DNA of 64,000 nt from Myxococcota bacterium (GTDB taxonomy: Bacteria > Myxococcota_A > UBA796 > SXON01). The translations under genes and the position numbers were made by a program. The notes under the pieces were generated by a model. The model was given only the letters and a program-made list of their open reading frames with translations, had not been told where the DNA came from and searched no databases. This document shows, piece after piece, positions 45,830 to 55,999 of the stretch. The stretch's first letter is position 1. Every line of letters begins with the position of its first letter. The DNA lies in contig JAZKFH010000015.1 of NCBI GenBank assembly GCA_040386535.1, forward strand, positions 96,001-160,000, given 5' to 3'.

Positions 45830-48349
45830 CTACCCCTCGATCTCGTCGAGCTTGCGGCGCAGGCCCTTGCGCTCCTCGCGGAGGTTGGCGGCCTCGGCGG
45901 CCTTGATGGCCTCGGTGAGGAGGCGCGCGGCGGAGGCCTTGTCTCCCCGCTCGAGATCCAGGCCGGCGAGGTGTTCGCTCGCCTGCATGACCTTGCGGAA
46001 GTCCTTGGTCTTCTGCGCGTGGGTCAGGGCCTCGCGGAAGCTGGTGGTCGCGCTGGTCTTCTCGCCGATGCGCAGGCTGGCGAGGCCCATGTGGAAGGTC
46101 AGCTCGCGGAGGAACGCGACGTCCTCGTTGTTGGCGCGCTCGCGGGCCTTCGCGAAGAGCGACAGCGCCTCGGTCGCGTGGCCGAGCTGGAGCTGGAAGT
46201 ACGCGACGTTGTAGATGTCGAGCGGGACGAAGCGGTCGAACTTCAGCTCCTGGGAGAGCTGGAGCGTGCGGCTGGCCATCTGGAGGGCCGACTCGTAGTT
46301 GCGCAGCATGCCCTGGGCCTGCGCGAGGAGGGCCACGGTGGCGCGCTCGCGCTGCTTGTTCTGCAGGGCCTGCGCGATCTGCGCGACGCGCTGGAGCACG
46401 TCGGCGGCCTTGCCGGTCTGCTGGCTCATCAGGAGCGACTCGCCGTAGTGGAAGCCCGCCTCGAGCGCGAGCGGCGCGAGCCCGACGGCCCCGGCGAGCT
46501 CGTTGGACTTGCGGAAGTGCTCGGACGCCTCGGGCAGCTTCTTCGCCTTCTTGGCGATGAGGCCGCGGATGAACTCCGCGTTGGCCTGCACGGGCGGCAC
46601 GTTGGCCGACTCGAGCGCCTGCCGGAGGTGATCGAGGGACGCGTTGACGTTGCCGTCGGTGAACTCGATCATCGCGAGGTGGTTCTGGAGCTCGGCGAGC
46701 TTCATCTTGTCGTCGAGCGCCGCGTACATCTTCAGCGCGTCCTTCGCGCGGTCACGGGCCCGGTACAGGTCCTGGCGGCGGTAGTCGAGGCGGCTGCCGG
46801 CAAAAAGGGTCCACGCCTCCATCGGGCGGTCCTTCTTCTCGGCGGCCCACGCCATCGCCTCGGTGATGAGCTTCTCGGTCGGGTCGACCTCGCCCGCCTG
46901 GACCATGCGGTCCACCAGGTTCATGTAGACCGTGCGGCGCATCGGGTCGGGCCAGGGCACGGCCTCGAAGTACTTGATCGTGTCCTGGGTCATGGCCCAC
47001 ACGTCCGGACGGTCGTTCCCGAGCGCGACGCTGCGGAGGATCATCGCGCGCTGGGGGGCGCCGTGCTCGGCGAACATGCGGAACGTCTTGACGACGAACT
47101 CGTAGCCGCGGGGCACGAGGAACTTCTCGAGGAAGCCGGCGACGCGACGGGCGAGATCGTGATCCTCGTCGGTCTGGTGCGCGTCGAGGATGGCCTGGCG
47201 CCAGATGCCCTTCTTGAACTGGTAGACCCAGGTGCCGAGGCCCTTGCTGAACTGGAGCTCGGTGAGGAGGTCGGGGCAGGCGTCGAGCAGATCGTCGACG
47301 CTGTCACGATCCAGGCCGTCCATGTCGGCCACGAGGCCGGAGGGGAAGGAGAGGCCGAGCAACGAGGCGAGGAACTGCACCCGGGGCGCGTCGGCCGCGC
47401 CGACCTGGCGGCGCTTGCCCTCCACGGCGGCTTCGGGCTCGTCGAGCTCTTCCGCGTCGGCGGCGAGGGGCGCGAGGCTCTGGAGCGTGGCGCCCTCGAG
47501 GCTGTCGTTCAGCAGATCGCGCTCGACCAGCACGTCGACCAGCTCGGCCACGTAGGCGGGGCGGCCGGCCACGATCTCGGCGATGCGGCCGGGGGCGGCG
47601 GCGGTGAGGTCCTTGCTGGTGAGGTACGCGCTGACCTCGTCGGCGCCCCAGGGCGCGATGGTCATGCGGTGGATCTCACCGGCGCGGCGCTCGAGGAAGT
47701 CGAGCAGGGGCGCGGGCATCCAGGCCTTGGCGGCGTCGGTCACCGGCTCGATGCCGAGCACCATGAGCAGCTTGCCGTTGCCCTTGCGCGCGTCGTGCAG
47801 GCCCTCGATCGCCGCGAAGGTCGACACGGAGTGGCTGTTGAACGCGTTCTGCACGTCGAACACGACGGTCATCTTGCGGCTGATGCCGCTCATGATCTCG
47901 GCGAACCCGATCACCGGGTTGTCGCGGGGGAGAGTGACCTGGAAGCTCTGCTCGCCCTCGGCGGGCACGCTCTTCTTGAGGCCCTCGATGAACGCCTGGT
48001 ACCACTGCTGCACGCGCTTGCTGTGCTGCGGCATCTGGGCGTTGAGGATCATCTCGACCTTGCCGCGCAGGACGGGGTCCCGGTACAAGGCGCCGTAGAG
48101 GGCGGCGTACAGGCGGAGGAGGGTGCGGAGCCCGTCTTCCTCGTCCGTGAGGGCGGCGCGGACGACCAGCACGTCCTCGTCGTTCGGGAGGTTCCGCACG
48201 AGCTCGCCGACGGCCGCGCGCTTGCCGCCGCCGAGAGGAGCCTCGAGCACGACGGTGCGGGACTGACCGCCGCGCGCCGCGTCGAGGTGGGCCCGCAGCG
48301 CGGCGAGATCGGAGGGGCGGCAGACGAAGAGGGGGACGGACTCGGCCAC
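45830..48349 (-). CDS. AAA_16/STAND-like domain plus TPR repeat protein
   Basis: FVCRPSDLAALR...VVLEAPLGGGKR; AGRPAYVAEL; ASLLG..F; YQF; C-terminal TPR-like helices. Confidence 0.8.
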   Translation of the reverse strand: MAESVPLFVCRPSDLAALRAHLDAARGGQSRTVVLEAPLGGGKRAAVGELVRNLPNDEDVLVVRAALTDEEDGLRTLLRLYAALYGALYRDPVLRGKVEMILNAQMPQHSKRVQQWYQAFIEGLKKSVPAEGEQSFQVTLPRDNPVIGFAEIMSGISRKMTVVFDVQNAFNSHSVSTFAAIEGLHDARKGNGKLLMVLGIEPVTDAAKAWMPAPLLDFLERRAGEIHRMTIAPWGADEVSAYLTSKDLTAAAPGRIAEIVAGRPAYVAELVDVLVERDLLNDSLEGATLQSLAPLAADAEELDEPEAAVEGKRRQVGAADAPRVQFLASLLGLSFPSGLVADMDGLDRDSVDDLLDACPDLLTELQFSKGLGTWVYQFKKGIWRQAILDAHQTDEDHDLARRVAGFLEKFLVPRGYEFVVKTFRMFAEHGAPQRAMILRSVALGNDRPDVWAMTQDTIKYFEAVPWPDPMRRTVYMNLVDRMVQAGEVDPTEKLITEAMAWAAEKKDRPMEAWTLFAGSRLDYRRQDLYRARDRAKDALKMYAALDDKMKLAELQNHLAMIEFTDGNVNASLDHLRQALESANVPPVQANAEFIRGLIAKKAKKLPEASEHFRKSNELAGAVGLAPLALEAGFHYGESLLMSQQTGKAADVLQRVAQIAQALQNKQRERATVALLAQAQGMLRNYESALQMASRTLQLSQELKFDRFVPLDIYNVAYFQLQLGHATEALSLFAKARERANNEDVAFLRELTFHMGLASLRIGEKTSATTSFREALTHAQKTKDFRKVMQASEHLAGLDLERGDKASAARLLTEAIKAAEAANLREERKGLRRKLDEIEG

Positions 48350-48505
48350 ACGGCCTCCGATCGGGCAAAAGAGGAAGTAGCTGCGCCGGGGGGACCGACG
48401 GCGGCGCAATGTAGGCGCCGGTAGAGGGGGTGTCAACGGCCACCTCCCGACGCGCTCGCCATGGGATGCGTGACGGTGTATGGTGCGGCCTCGCGGAGCT
48501 CGCCC

Positions 48506-48981
48506 GTGTTGCTGATCCTGTCGCTGATCGCCTGTACGAACTCCAAGGTCCCGGAAGACGCGGTCTTCTACAACGTCACCGTCACCGCCGAGAACATCGA
48601 CGACGACGGCCTGGTGGACGAGTGCCACCCCGAAGCGACCGAGGGCTACCAGGAGTCCTTCTCCTACGCCGTGGCGTTCGAGGGCTCGTCGGCCACGCTC
48701 TACATCGGGGAGGACGTGTTCGCGCTCGGCAGCACCAGCGGCTGCACGCTGACCTACTCGACCGTCACCATCGGTGAGGACACCGAGCAGGACGGCAACG
48801 TGAAGTGGCAGCTGTTCGGCTCCGCCGAGATCGACCCCGCCGAGGGCGACGCGTGCGTGGACGGCCCGGACAGCTGGAAGGGCACCGAGTACTTCGAGAT
48901 CGTGAACTCGGAAGAGGACACGCTCGAGCCCGGCTGCCAGTACGAGATGACGACGGTGGGCACGCTCGACTCGTCGGACGC

Positions 48982-48985
<4 letters not shown>
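48506..48985 (+). CDS. Hypothetical lipoprotein
   Basis: VLLILSLIAC; acidic with four further Cys; ATGA overlap with moxR. Confidence 0.72.
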
Positions 48986-49910
<925 letters not shown>

Positions 49911-49911
<1 letters not shown>

Positions 49912-50837
49912 TGGCGAGCCTCCCGTCGTTTCGAGCCCCGATGCTGGGCCGTGACCGCTGGAACGCCGTCCGGCCGACCCTCGCGGGGGTGTGGTACCTG
50001 CTCGTGCTCGCGGGCCTGACGATCGGCGCCGCCAACACGGGCAACAACCTCGTGTACGTCGTGCTGGCCTCGCTCCTCGCGGTGCTCATCGTCAACAACG
50101 TGCTCGCCGAGTGGAACCTGCGCGCCCTGATCGTCCGCCGGACGCTCCCCGCCGAGCTGTTCGCCGGCGAGCCCGCCGTGGGCCGCCTCGTGCTCGAGAA
50201 CCCGCGCCGCTTCGGGGGCGCCTGGCTGGTGGAGGTCGAGGAGCGCGACGGCGGCCGCGCGCGGGTGCGGTTCGGCCGCGTGGCGCCGGGGGACACCGTC
50301 GAGGAGCACGCCGCTTGGACCTTTCCGACGCGTGGCGAGGCGCGCTTCTCGTGTGTGCGTATCGCGTCCCGGTTTCCGTTCGGCCTCATCCGGCGCTGGC
50401 GTGACCTCGAGGTGCCCGGCGTGCTGCTGGTGTACCCGAAGCCGGAGCGCGGCAACGCGGCGGACGGGGGCATGGGCCTCGGAGAGGCGGCGGCGGTGCG
50501 CGCGAGCCGGGAGGGGGTCGGCGAGCTGGTGGGGATGCGGGCCTACGCCCCGGGGGATCCGGTGCGCCGCATCCACTGGCCGACCAGCGCGCGGTCCAGC
50601 GTGCCGATGGTGACGCTGCGGAGCGCGGAGGGCGGGGGCGAGGTGGTGGTGCGGCTCGGCGCCGAGGGCGAGGGCGCGATCCGCCGGGCCTGCGGCGAGG
50701 TGCTGCTGCACACGCGGCGCGGGGACGCGGTCGGCCTGGAGATCGGCGAGGAGCGCATCGCCCCGCGCACCGGCGCGGCGCAACGTCGGCGCCTCCTCAC
50801 GACGCTGGCGCTGCTGCCCCCCCGGAGCCAGGGATGA
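49911..50837 (+). CDS. DUF58 domain protein
   Basis: AANTGNNLVY, SRFPFGL, RAYAPGDPVRRIHWPTSAR. Confidence 0.9.
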
Positions 50838-52777
50838 AGGACGAGCGTCCGAAACGGCCCGGCGGCTGGGCGCTGGGCGGCGTCGTGGTCGCCGGCCTCG
50901 GCTCGCTCGCGCTCTCGGGGACGCCCAGCCTGTTGATCGCCGTGATCGCGGTCCTGGCGATCATCGCGCCGGCGCCGCGAATGGGGCCGAACGCATGGGC
51001 GGCGGTGCACGGCGTGATCCTGGCGATCACCGGCGTCACCGCGCTCCTCGGGCCCCCCACCTTCGCGTTCGCCATCCTCGTGGCGTGGCTGCTCGCGCAT
51101 CGCACCTGGACCGGCCGCACCGGGGACGATCTGCGCGTCGCGCTGCTCCTCGCCACGCTGCTCTTGCTGCTCGGTGCGGTGTCGACCGAGACCATCCTGC
51201 TCGCGCCGCTGTTCTGCGGGTACGCGGCGCTGCTGCCGATCGCGCTGCTGCGCGCGGAGCTCCTGGACACCGGCGAGGGCGCGCCGCGCGGGCTCGAAGC
51301 GCTGGTGGGCCTCGGCGCCGCCGCGCTGACCGCGACCCTGTTCGTCGTGCTCCCCCGGCTCGACGGCGGCTTCGCGGCGCACGGCCAGAGCCTCGGCGAG
51401 CGTTTTCCCGACGACGTGACGCTCGGCGTGGAGGGCCTCACCAGTGACGACGGCGCCGAGGTGATGCGCCTGCGCGTGACCGACCCGGCGGGGTTTCCCG
51501 TGCCCGGCCCGTTCCACGTGCGCGGGCGCGCCTTCGATCGCTTCGACGGGACGCGCTGGGGGGTCGGCACCCCGGTGGAGCGGGCGGCCGACACGGCGTG
51601 GAGCCTGCGGGCGGAGGTCGAGCTCACGCCCATCGGGAGCGACGTGTTGTTCGGCATCAGCGATCTGGTGCGCATCGAGGGGATCGGCGCGCGCGCGGAG
51701 CCGGGGAGCCTGTTCACGGCCCGCTTCACCAGCCGCGTGGCGAAGTACCGCGCCTTCTCGCGGACCGTGCCCCTCGTCGCGGTCGACACGACCGACGTGC
51801 GCCCGTGGCTCCAGCTCCCCGAGGTCGATCCGCGCATCCGCCCGCTCGCGTGGACCATCGCCCCCGACGAGTCCGATCCCGCCGTGGTCGCGCGCGCCCT
51901 CTCCGACTGGCTCGAGGCCACCTACACCTACGTCGAGACACCGCCCACGCCCGACGGCGACCCCGTGGCGTGGTTCCTCTTCGACGAACACGCCGGCCAC
52001 TGCGAGTACTTCGCGAGCGCCCTCGTCATGCTGCTCCGCTCGCGCGACATCCCGGCGCGGCTCGCCACGGGCTTCTACTCGGACGAGCTCGGGAACGACG
52101 GCCGGGTCGTCGTGCGGCGCGGCAACGCCCACGCCTGGGTCGAGGTGCGCACCGACGCCGGCTGGGCCACGCTCGATCCGACCCCGGCCAGCAGCATGCC
52201 CGCGGTCGACGTGAACGCGCTCGGCGCCCGCATCGACATCCTGGTCGCCGCCTGGTACCGCGAGGCGATCGAGTACGACATGAACGCGCAGTTCGAGGCG
52301 TACGGCGCGATCGGCAAGCGGGTGTTGTTCTCGGGGGACGATGCGCAGCAGAGCCCCATCCGCACGGGGTTCGTGGGCATGGTGGTGGTGGTCGGGAGCC
52401 TGATCACGGCGCTGGTCCTGCTCCGCACGGTCGTGTCCCGCATCGGCGCCCCGCTCCGGCGCGGCGGCCGGCGCGATCCGCTCGCCCGGATCTGCGCCGA
52501 GGCCCGCACGATCGTGCGTCGCCGGGGCTGGGCCCTGCCGCCCGAGCTGCCCCCGGCCGCCGCCGCAGCGTGGCTCCGCGCCCACGTGGGCGATGCCGCC
52601 GCGCCCTTCGAGCGCATCGCGGAGCTCACCTACCTGGCCCGGTACGGCGGGGCCCCGCTCGAGGCCCCCGGGGCGCCGCTCGTGGCGGAGGCGAAGGAGT
52701 GCTTGAGCGCGCTGCGGCGGATCCCCCGCCCGGACCGCGCGCGGGTGATCGCGGGGTCCGAGGCGGGTACCGGTTGA
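50834..52777 (+). CDS. Membrane transglutaminase-like protein (TgpA/DUF3488 type)
   Basis: N-terminal TMs; GHCEYFASA, AHAWVEV, W..LDPTP. Confidence 0.9.
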   Translation: MKDERPKRPGGWALGGVVVAGLGSLALSGTPSLLIAVIAVLAIIAPAPRMGPNAWAAVHGVILAITGVTALLGPPTFAFAILVAWLLAHRTWTGRTGDDLRVALLLATLLLLLGAVSTETILLAPLFCGYAALLPIALLRAELLDTGEGAPRGLEALVGLGAAALTATLFVVLPRLDGGFAAHGQSLGERFPDDVTLGVEGLTSDDGAEVMRLRVTDPAGFPVPGPFHVRGRAFDRFDGTRWGVGTPVERAADTAWSLRAEVELTPIGSDVLFGISDLVRIEGIGARAEPGSLFTARFTSRVAKYRAFSRTVPLVAVDTTDVRPWLQLPEVDPRIRPLAWTIAPDESDPAVVARALSDWLEATYTYVETPPTPDGDPVAWFLFDEHAGHCEYFASALVMLLRSRDIPARLATGFYSDELGNDGRVVVRRGNAHAWVEVRTDAGWATLDPTPASSMPAVDVNALGARIDILVAAWYREAIEYDMNAQFEAYGAIGKRVLFSGDDAQQSPIRTGFVGMVVVVGSLITALVLLRTVVSRIGAPLRRGGRRDPLARICAEARTIVRRRGWALPPELPPAAAAAWLRAHVGDAAAPFERIAELTYLARYGGAPLEAPGAPLVAEAKECLSALRRIPRPDRARVIAGSEAGTG

Positions 52778-52824
52778 CGGGGCGCCTGCTCGGGACATAG
52801 CAGTCCCCCCCGCAGGAGGTCCCC

Positions 52825-54336
52825 ATGCTCGCCGAGCTCTCAGGATTGCCGCTCGGTGAGGTGCTCCGCCGCACCGCCGCCACGCACCCCGACCGCCCCG
52901 CCCTCCTCGGCGAGCACCGCAGCTTGACCTGGAGCGAGCTCGACGCCGAGGTCGACCGCGTGGCCGTGGCCTGGGAGGCCGCCGGCATCGGGGCCGGCGC
53001 GGTCGTGGCGTTCGTGCTCGACAAGCGGCCCGAGGTGGTCGTCGGGTTCCTCGCGTGCGCCCGCGTCGGGGCCATCTTCGTCCCGGTGAACTTCAAGCTC
53101 CAACCCGAGCAGATCGAGGATCTGTTCGAGGTGGCCGAGGTCACCGGGCTGGTGTGGGAGCCCGCGCACCAGGCGCTGGCGGATCGGCTGCGCACGCGGG
53201 TGCGGTGGGCGATGCGGGTGGACGAGCTCGATCCCGGGGCGTCCGCCGCGGGGAAGCGCCCGGCGTTCGTCGTGACCGCGGACACGCCCTGCTACTACAA
53301 CTACACGAGCGGCTCTACCGGGCGGTCCAAGGGCGCGATCACGACGTCGCGCAACATCCTCGTCAACGCCGTCGCGACCGCGGAGGGGCTCGGGTTCGCC
53401 GCGGACGATGTGTACCTGGGCATGTTCTCCGTGTTCGCGCACCCGCACGAGCTGTTCCACCGCTCGATCCTCTACGGCGGCGCGTTCGTCGTCGTCGACT
53501 CGTTGAGCCCCCGCCACATCGCCGAGACCATCCAGCGGTTCCGCGTCACGTGGATGATGGCGGTCCCGAGCTTCTACGAGATGTTGTTGGACTTCCAGGA
53601 GGGGTCCCAGCTCGATCTCGGCTCCCTCCGCGTGCTCGAGGCCGGCGGCGCCTACGTGTCGCCCGCCACGTTGGAGCGCATGGAGGGGGCGTTCACGGCG
53701 CGGTTCCTGCCGGTGTGGGGGAGCACGGAGACCACCGGGGTCGGCCTCGGCATGCTCGCGGACGGGCCGCGGCGCCCGGGCTCCACCGGCAAGCCCATCC
53801 CCGGCTACACGATGCGCGTGGTGGGCGAGGACGGCGCCGATGCCCCCGTCGGCGAGGTGGGCGAGCTGTGGATGAAGGGGGACGCCCTGGCGCTCGGCTA
53901 CGTGAACCAGCCCGAGGAGACCGCCGCCCAGTTCCACGACGGGTGGTACGCCACGCGGGATCTGGTGTACGTCGACTCCGACGGGTTCGTGTACTTCTCC
54001 GGGCGCCGCAGCGAGATGCTCAAGATCGGCGGCATTCGCGTGTTCCCGCTCGAGATCGAGCAGGTCCTGGCGGTGCACCCCGACGTGCGCAACGTCGTGG
54101 TCGTGCGCGCGGAGGAGCGGCTGCGCGGCGAGGTGGCCCGCGCGATCGTGCAGGTGGCGCCGGGCTCGACGCTCACCGTGCGCGCGTTGCAGCGCTGGTG
54201 CCGGGAGCGCCTGGCCTCCTACAAGGTGCCGCGCATCGTCGAGTTCTGGCGGGCCATCCCGACGCTGCCGAACGGGAAGGTCGACAAGAAGGCGGTGGTG
54301 CTGGTGCCGGTCGACGCGACGCGGGACGAGCGATGA
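52825..54336 (+). CDS. Class I adenylate-forming enzyme (acyl-CoA/ACP ligase-like)
   Basis: YTSGSTGRSKG, WGSTET, GEL, GRRSEMLKIGG, PNGKVDK. Confidence 0.9.
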   Translation: MLAELSGLPLGEVLRRTAATHPDRPALLGEHRSLTWSELDAEVDRVAVAWEAAGIGAGAVVAFVLDKRPEVVVGFLACARVGAIFVPVNFKLQPEQIEDLFEVAEVTGLVWEPAHQALADRLRTRVRWAMRVDELDPGASAAGKRPAFVVTADTPCYYNYTSGSTGRSKGAITTSRNILVNAVATAEGLGFAADDVYLGMFSVFAHPHELFHRSILYGGAFVVVDSLSPRHIAETIQRFRVTWMMAVPSFYEMLLDFQEGSQLDLGSLRVLEAGGAYVSPATLERMEGAFTARFLPVWGSTETTGVGLGMLADGPRRPGSTGKPIPGYTMRVVGEDGADAPVGEVGELWMKGDALALGYVNQPEETAAQFHDGWYATRDLVYVDSDGFVYFSGRRSEMLKIGGIRVFPLEIEQVLAVHPDVRNVVVVRAEERLRGEVARAIVQVAPGSTLTVRALQRWCRERLASYKVPRIVEFWRAIPTLPNGKVDKKAVVLVPVDATRDER

Positions 54337-55358
54337 AGGCCTCCCTGCTCGTCAAGGATCTCGGAGGCTTGTTCCTGTACTACCCGGGCCAGGCGCTGGT
54401 GAACCGGGTGCCGCGCGGCGCGTTGGTGCGGGCGGCGGGCGTGGGTGGCCGCGTCGTGCGGCGGCTCGGGGACGCGGACATGCGCGACGAGCTGATGCGC
54501 ATCTACGCGGGGCGGCCGATGCCGCGCCCGGCGGACGAGATCCTCGCCGATGCGTACCGCCTCACGATGTTCAACGAGCTCGAGGTGCTCAAGTACCCCT
54601 GGTTGGATCCGAGCACGATCGACAGCACGTGTGTCATCGAGGGGCGCGAGCACCTCGACGCGGCGCGCGCCCGCGGCAAGGGCGCCATCGTGCTCATCGG
54701 GCACTTCGGCGCCAACCAGATGATCATGCCGGCCCTCGGCCACGTCGGGTATCCGATGAACCAGCTCTCCGCGCCGCCGCCGGTGTGGGCGGAGATCCTC
54801 GCGGACACGCGCACCACGCCGCTGTGGCGCAAGATCCTGGCGCGTCGGTGGGAGCTGGAGAAGCGCCTCCCGGTCAATCACATCAACGTCTTCCGGTTCC
54901 TGCGCCCCGCGTTCGAGTGCCTGGCCCGCAACGAGGTGCTGGGTCTCGCGTTCGACGGCGGCGGCGGCAAGAAGTGGGTCGAGGTCGACTTTCTCGGGCG
55001 CCGCGCCAACCTCTCGGTGCAACCCGCACAGATCTGGAAGAAGACCGGCGCCGCGCTGCTCCCCACCTACGTGTACCGGGCCCCCGGCGAGGCGCGCCAC
55101 CGCGTGGTCATCACCGAGGCCTTGGGTTGGCAAGGCACGGTGGAGAAGAGCTACCAGGCGTTCGTGGACCGCTTCCAGGGGTGGGTCTACCAGTGGCCGG
55201 AGCAATACCTGCACTTCCTCGCGATGCGCCGCAAGGTCCGGGCGACGGATGTGACCCCGTTGTTCCAGGACTATCCGCCGGCGGTGGGCCAGCTCTCCCC
55301 AGCGGAGGCCGAGGAGCGCCTCAAGAAGGCCGGCGAGTGGCGGGACGTCGGAGAGTAG
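54333..55358 (+). CDS. LpxL/HtrB-like (lipid A or lysophospholipid) acyltransferase family protein
   Basis: IEGREHLDAARARGKGAIVLIGHFG, VDFLGR, WPEQY; ATGA overlap. Confidence 0.75.
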   Translation: MKASLLVKDLGGLFLYYPGQALVNRVPRGALVRAAGVGGRVVRRLGDADMRDELMRIYAGRPMPRPADEILADAYRLTMFNELEVLKYPWLDPSTIDSTCVIEGREHLDAARARGKGAIVLIGHFGANQMIMPALGHVGYPMNQLSAPPPVWAEILADTRTTPLWRKILARRWELEKRLPVNHINVFRFLRPAFECLARNEVLGLAFDGGGGKKWVEVDFLGRRANLSVQPAQIWKKTGAALLPTYVYRAPGEARHRVVITEALGWQGTVEKSYQAFVDRFQGWVYQWPEQYLHFLAMRRKVRATDVTPLFQDYPPAVGQLSPAEAEERLKKAGEWRDVGE

Positions 55359-55400
55359 GTCGGAGACCAGGTCGGGAGAGTAGGGGGTGTCACGCCGTGG

Positions 55401-55979
55401 TCACCGATTGGCGGCGACCGCGGCGAGGTTCGTCAGCGCCGCGCGCGACCCGCGCACCTGGAGAAAACGCACCACGAAGGGAAGGAGTCGCGCGAGCCAC
55501 GTGCCGGGCCGGCTCCACGCGGTCAGGGACACCTCGACCTCGCCGGTGGCGCGCCGGGTGACCGCGAAGGTCTCTTCGCCCAGCTCGGGGTGCCCGCGCA
55601 ACGTTCGGTAGGTGAACCCGGCGCGCCAGCCGCCCGCGTCGGGGCCGTCGAACACCGCGACCACACGCGCCGCGAAGAACAGGTGCACCAGGCCGAGGCC
55701 GCGGTAGCGGATGCCGACGGTGTCCCCCACGTGGACCGGCGCGCGGCGCAGCACACCGGCGATGACGCTGTCCGGGAAGATCCGGTACCCGAGGATCGCG
55801 TCGGCCGCGCGGCGATAGGGGCCGTCCGCGGCGGGGGCGCCTTGGGGCTCGTGCCCGATCCGTCGCGTGTACACGTCCCGCTTGTCCCCGGGAGCGGGCC
55901 CGAGCGCCACGGTGTCGTGGAAGGGCCGCGCCTCCCAACGCGCGAGGTGCGCGGCCATGGTCGGCAGGAGCAGGTCCAT
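55401..55979 (-). CDS. DUF1990 family protein (alternative GTG start 56003)
   Basis: RVVAV...AGFTYRTLRGHPELGEETF...AWSRP. Confidence 0.8.
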   Translation of the reverse strand: MDLLLPTMAAHLARWEARPFHDTVALGPAPGDKRDVYTRRIGHEPQGAPAADGPYRRAADAILGYRIFPDSVIAGVLRRAPVHVGDTVGIRYRGLGLVHLFFAARVVAVFDGPDAGGWRAGFTYRTLRGHPELGEETFAVTRRATGEVEVSLTAWSRPGTWLARLLPFVVRFLQVRGSRAALTNLAAVAANR

Positions 55980-55999
55980 GCCCGCCCCTATCCCATCCG

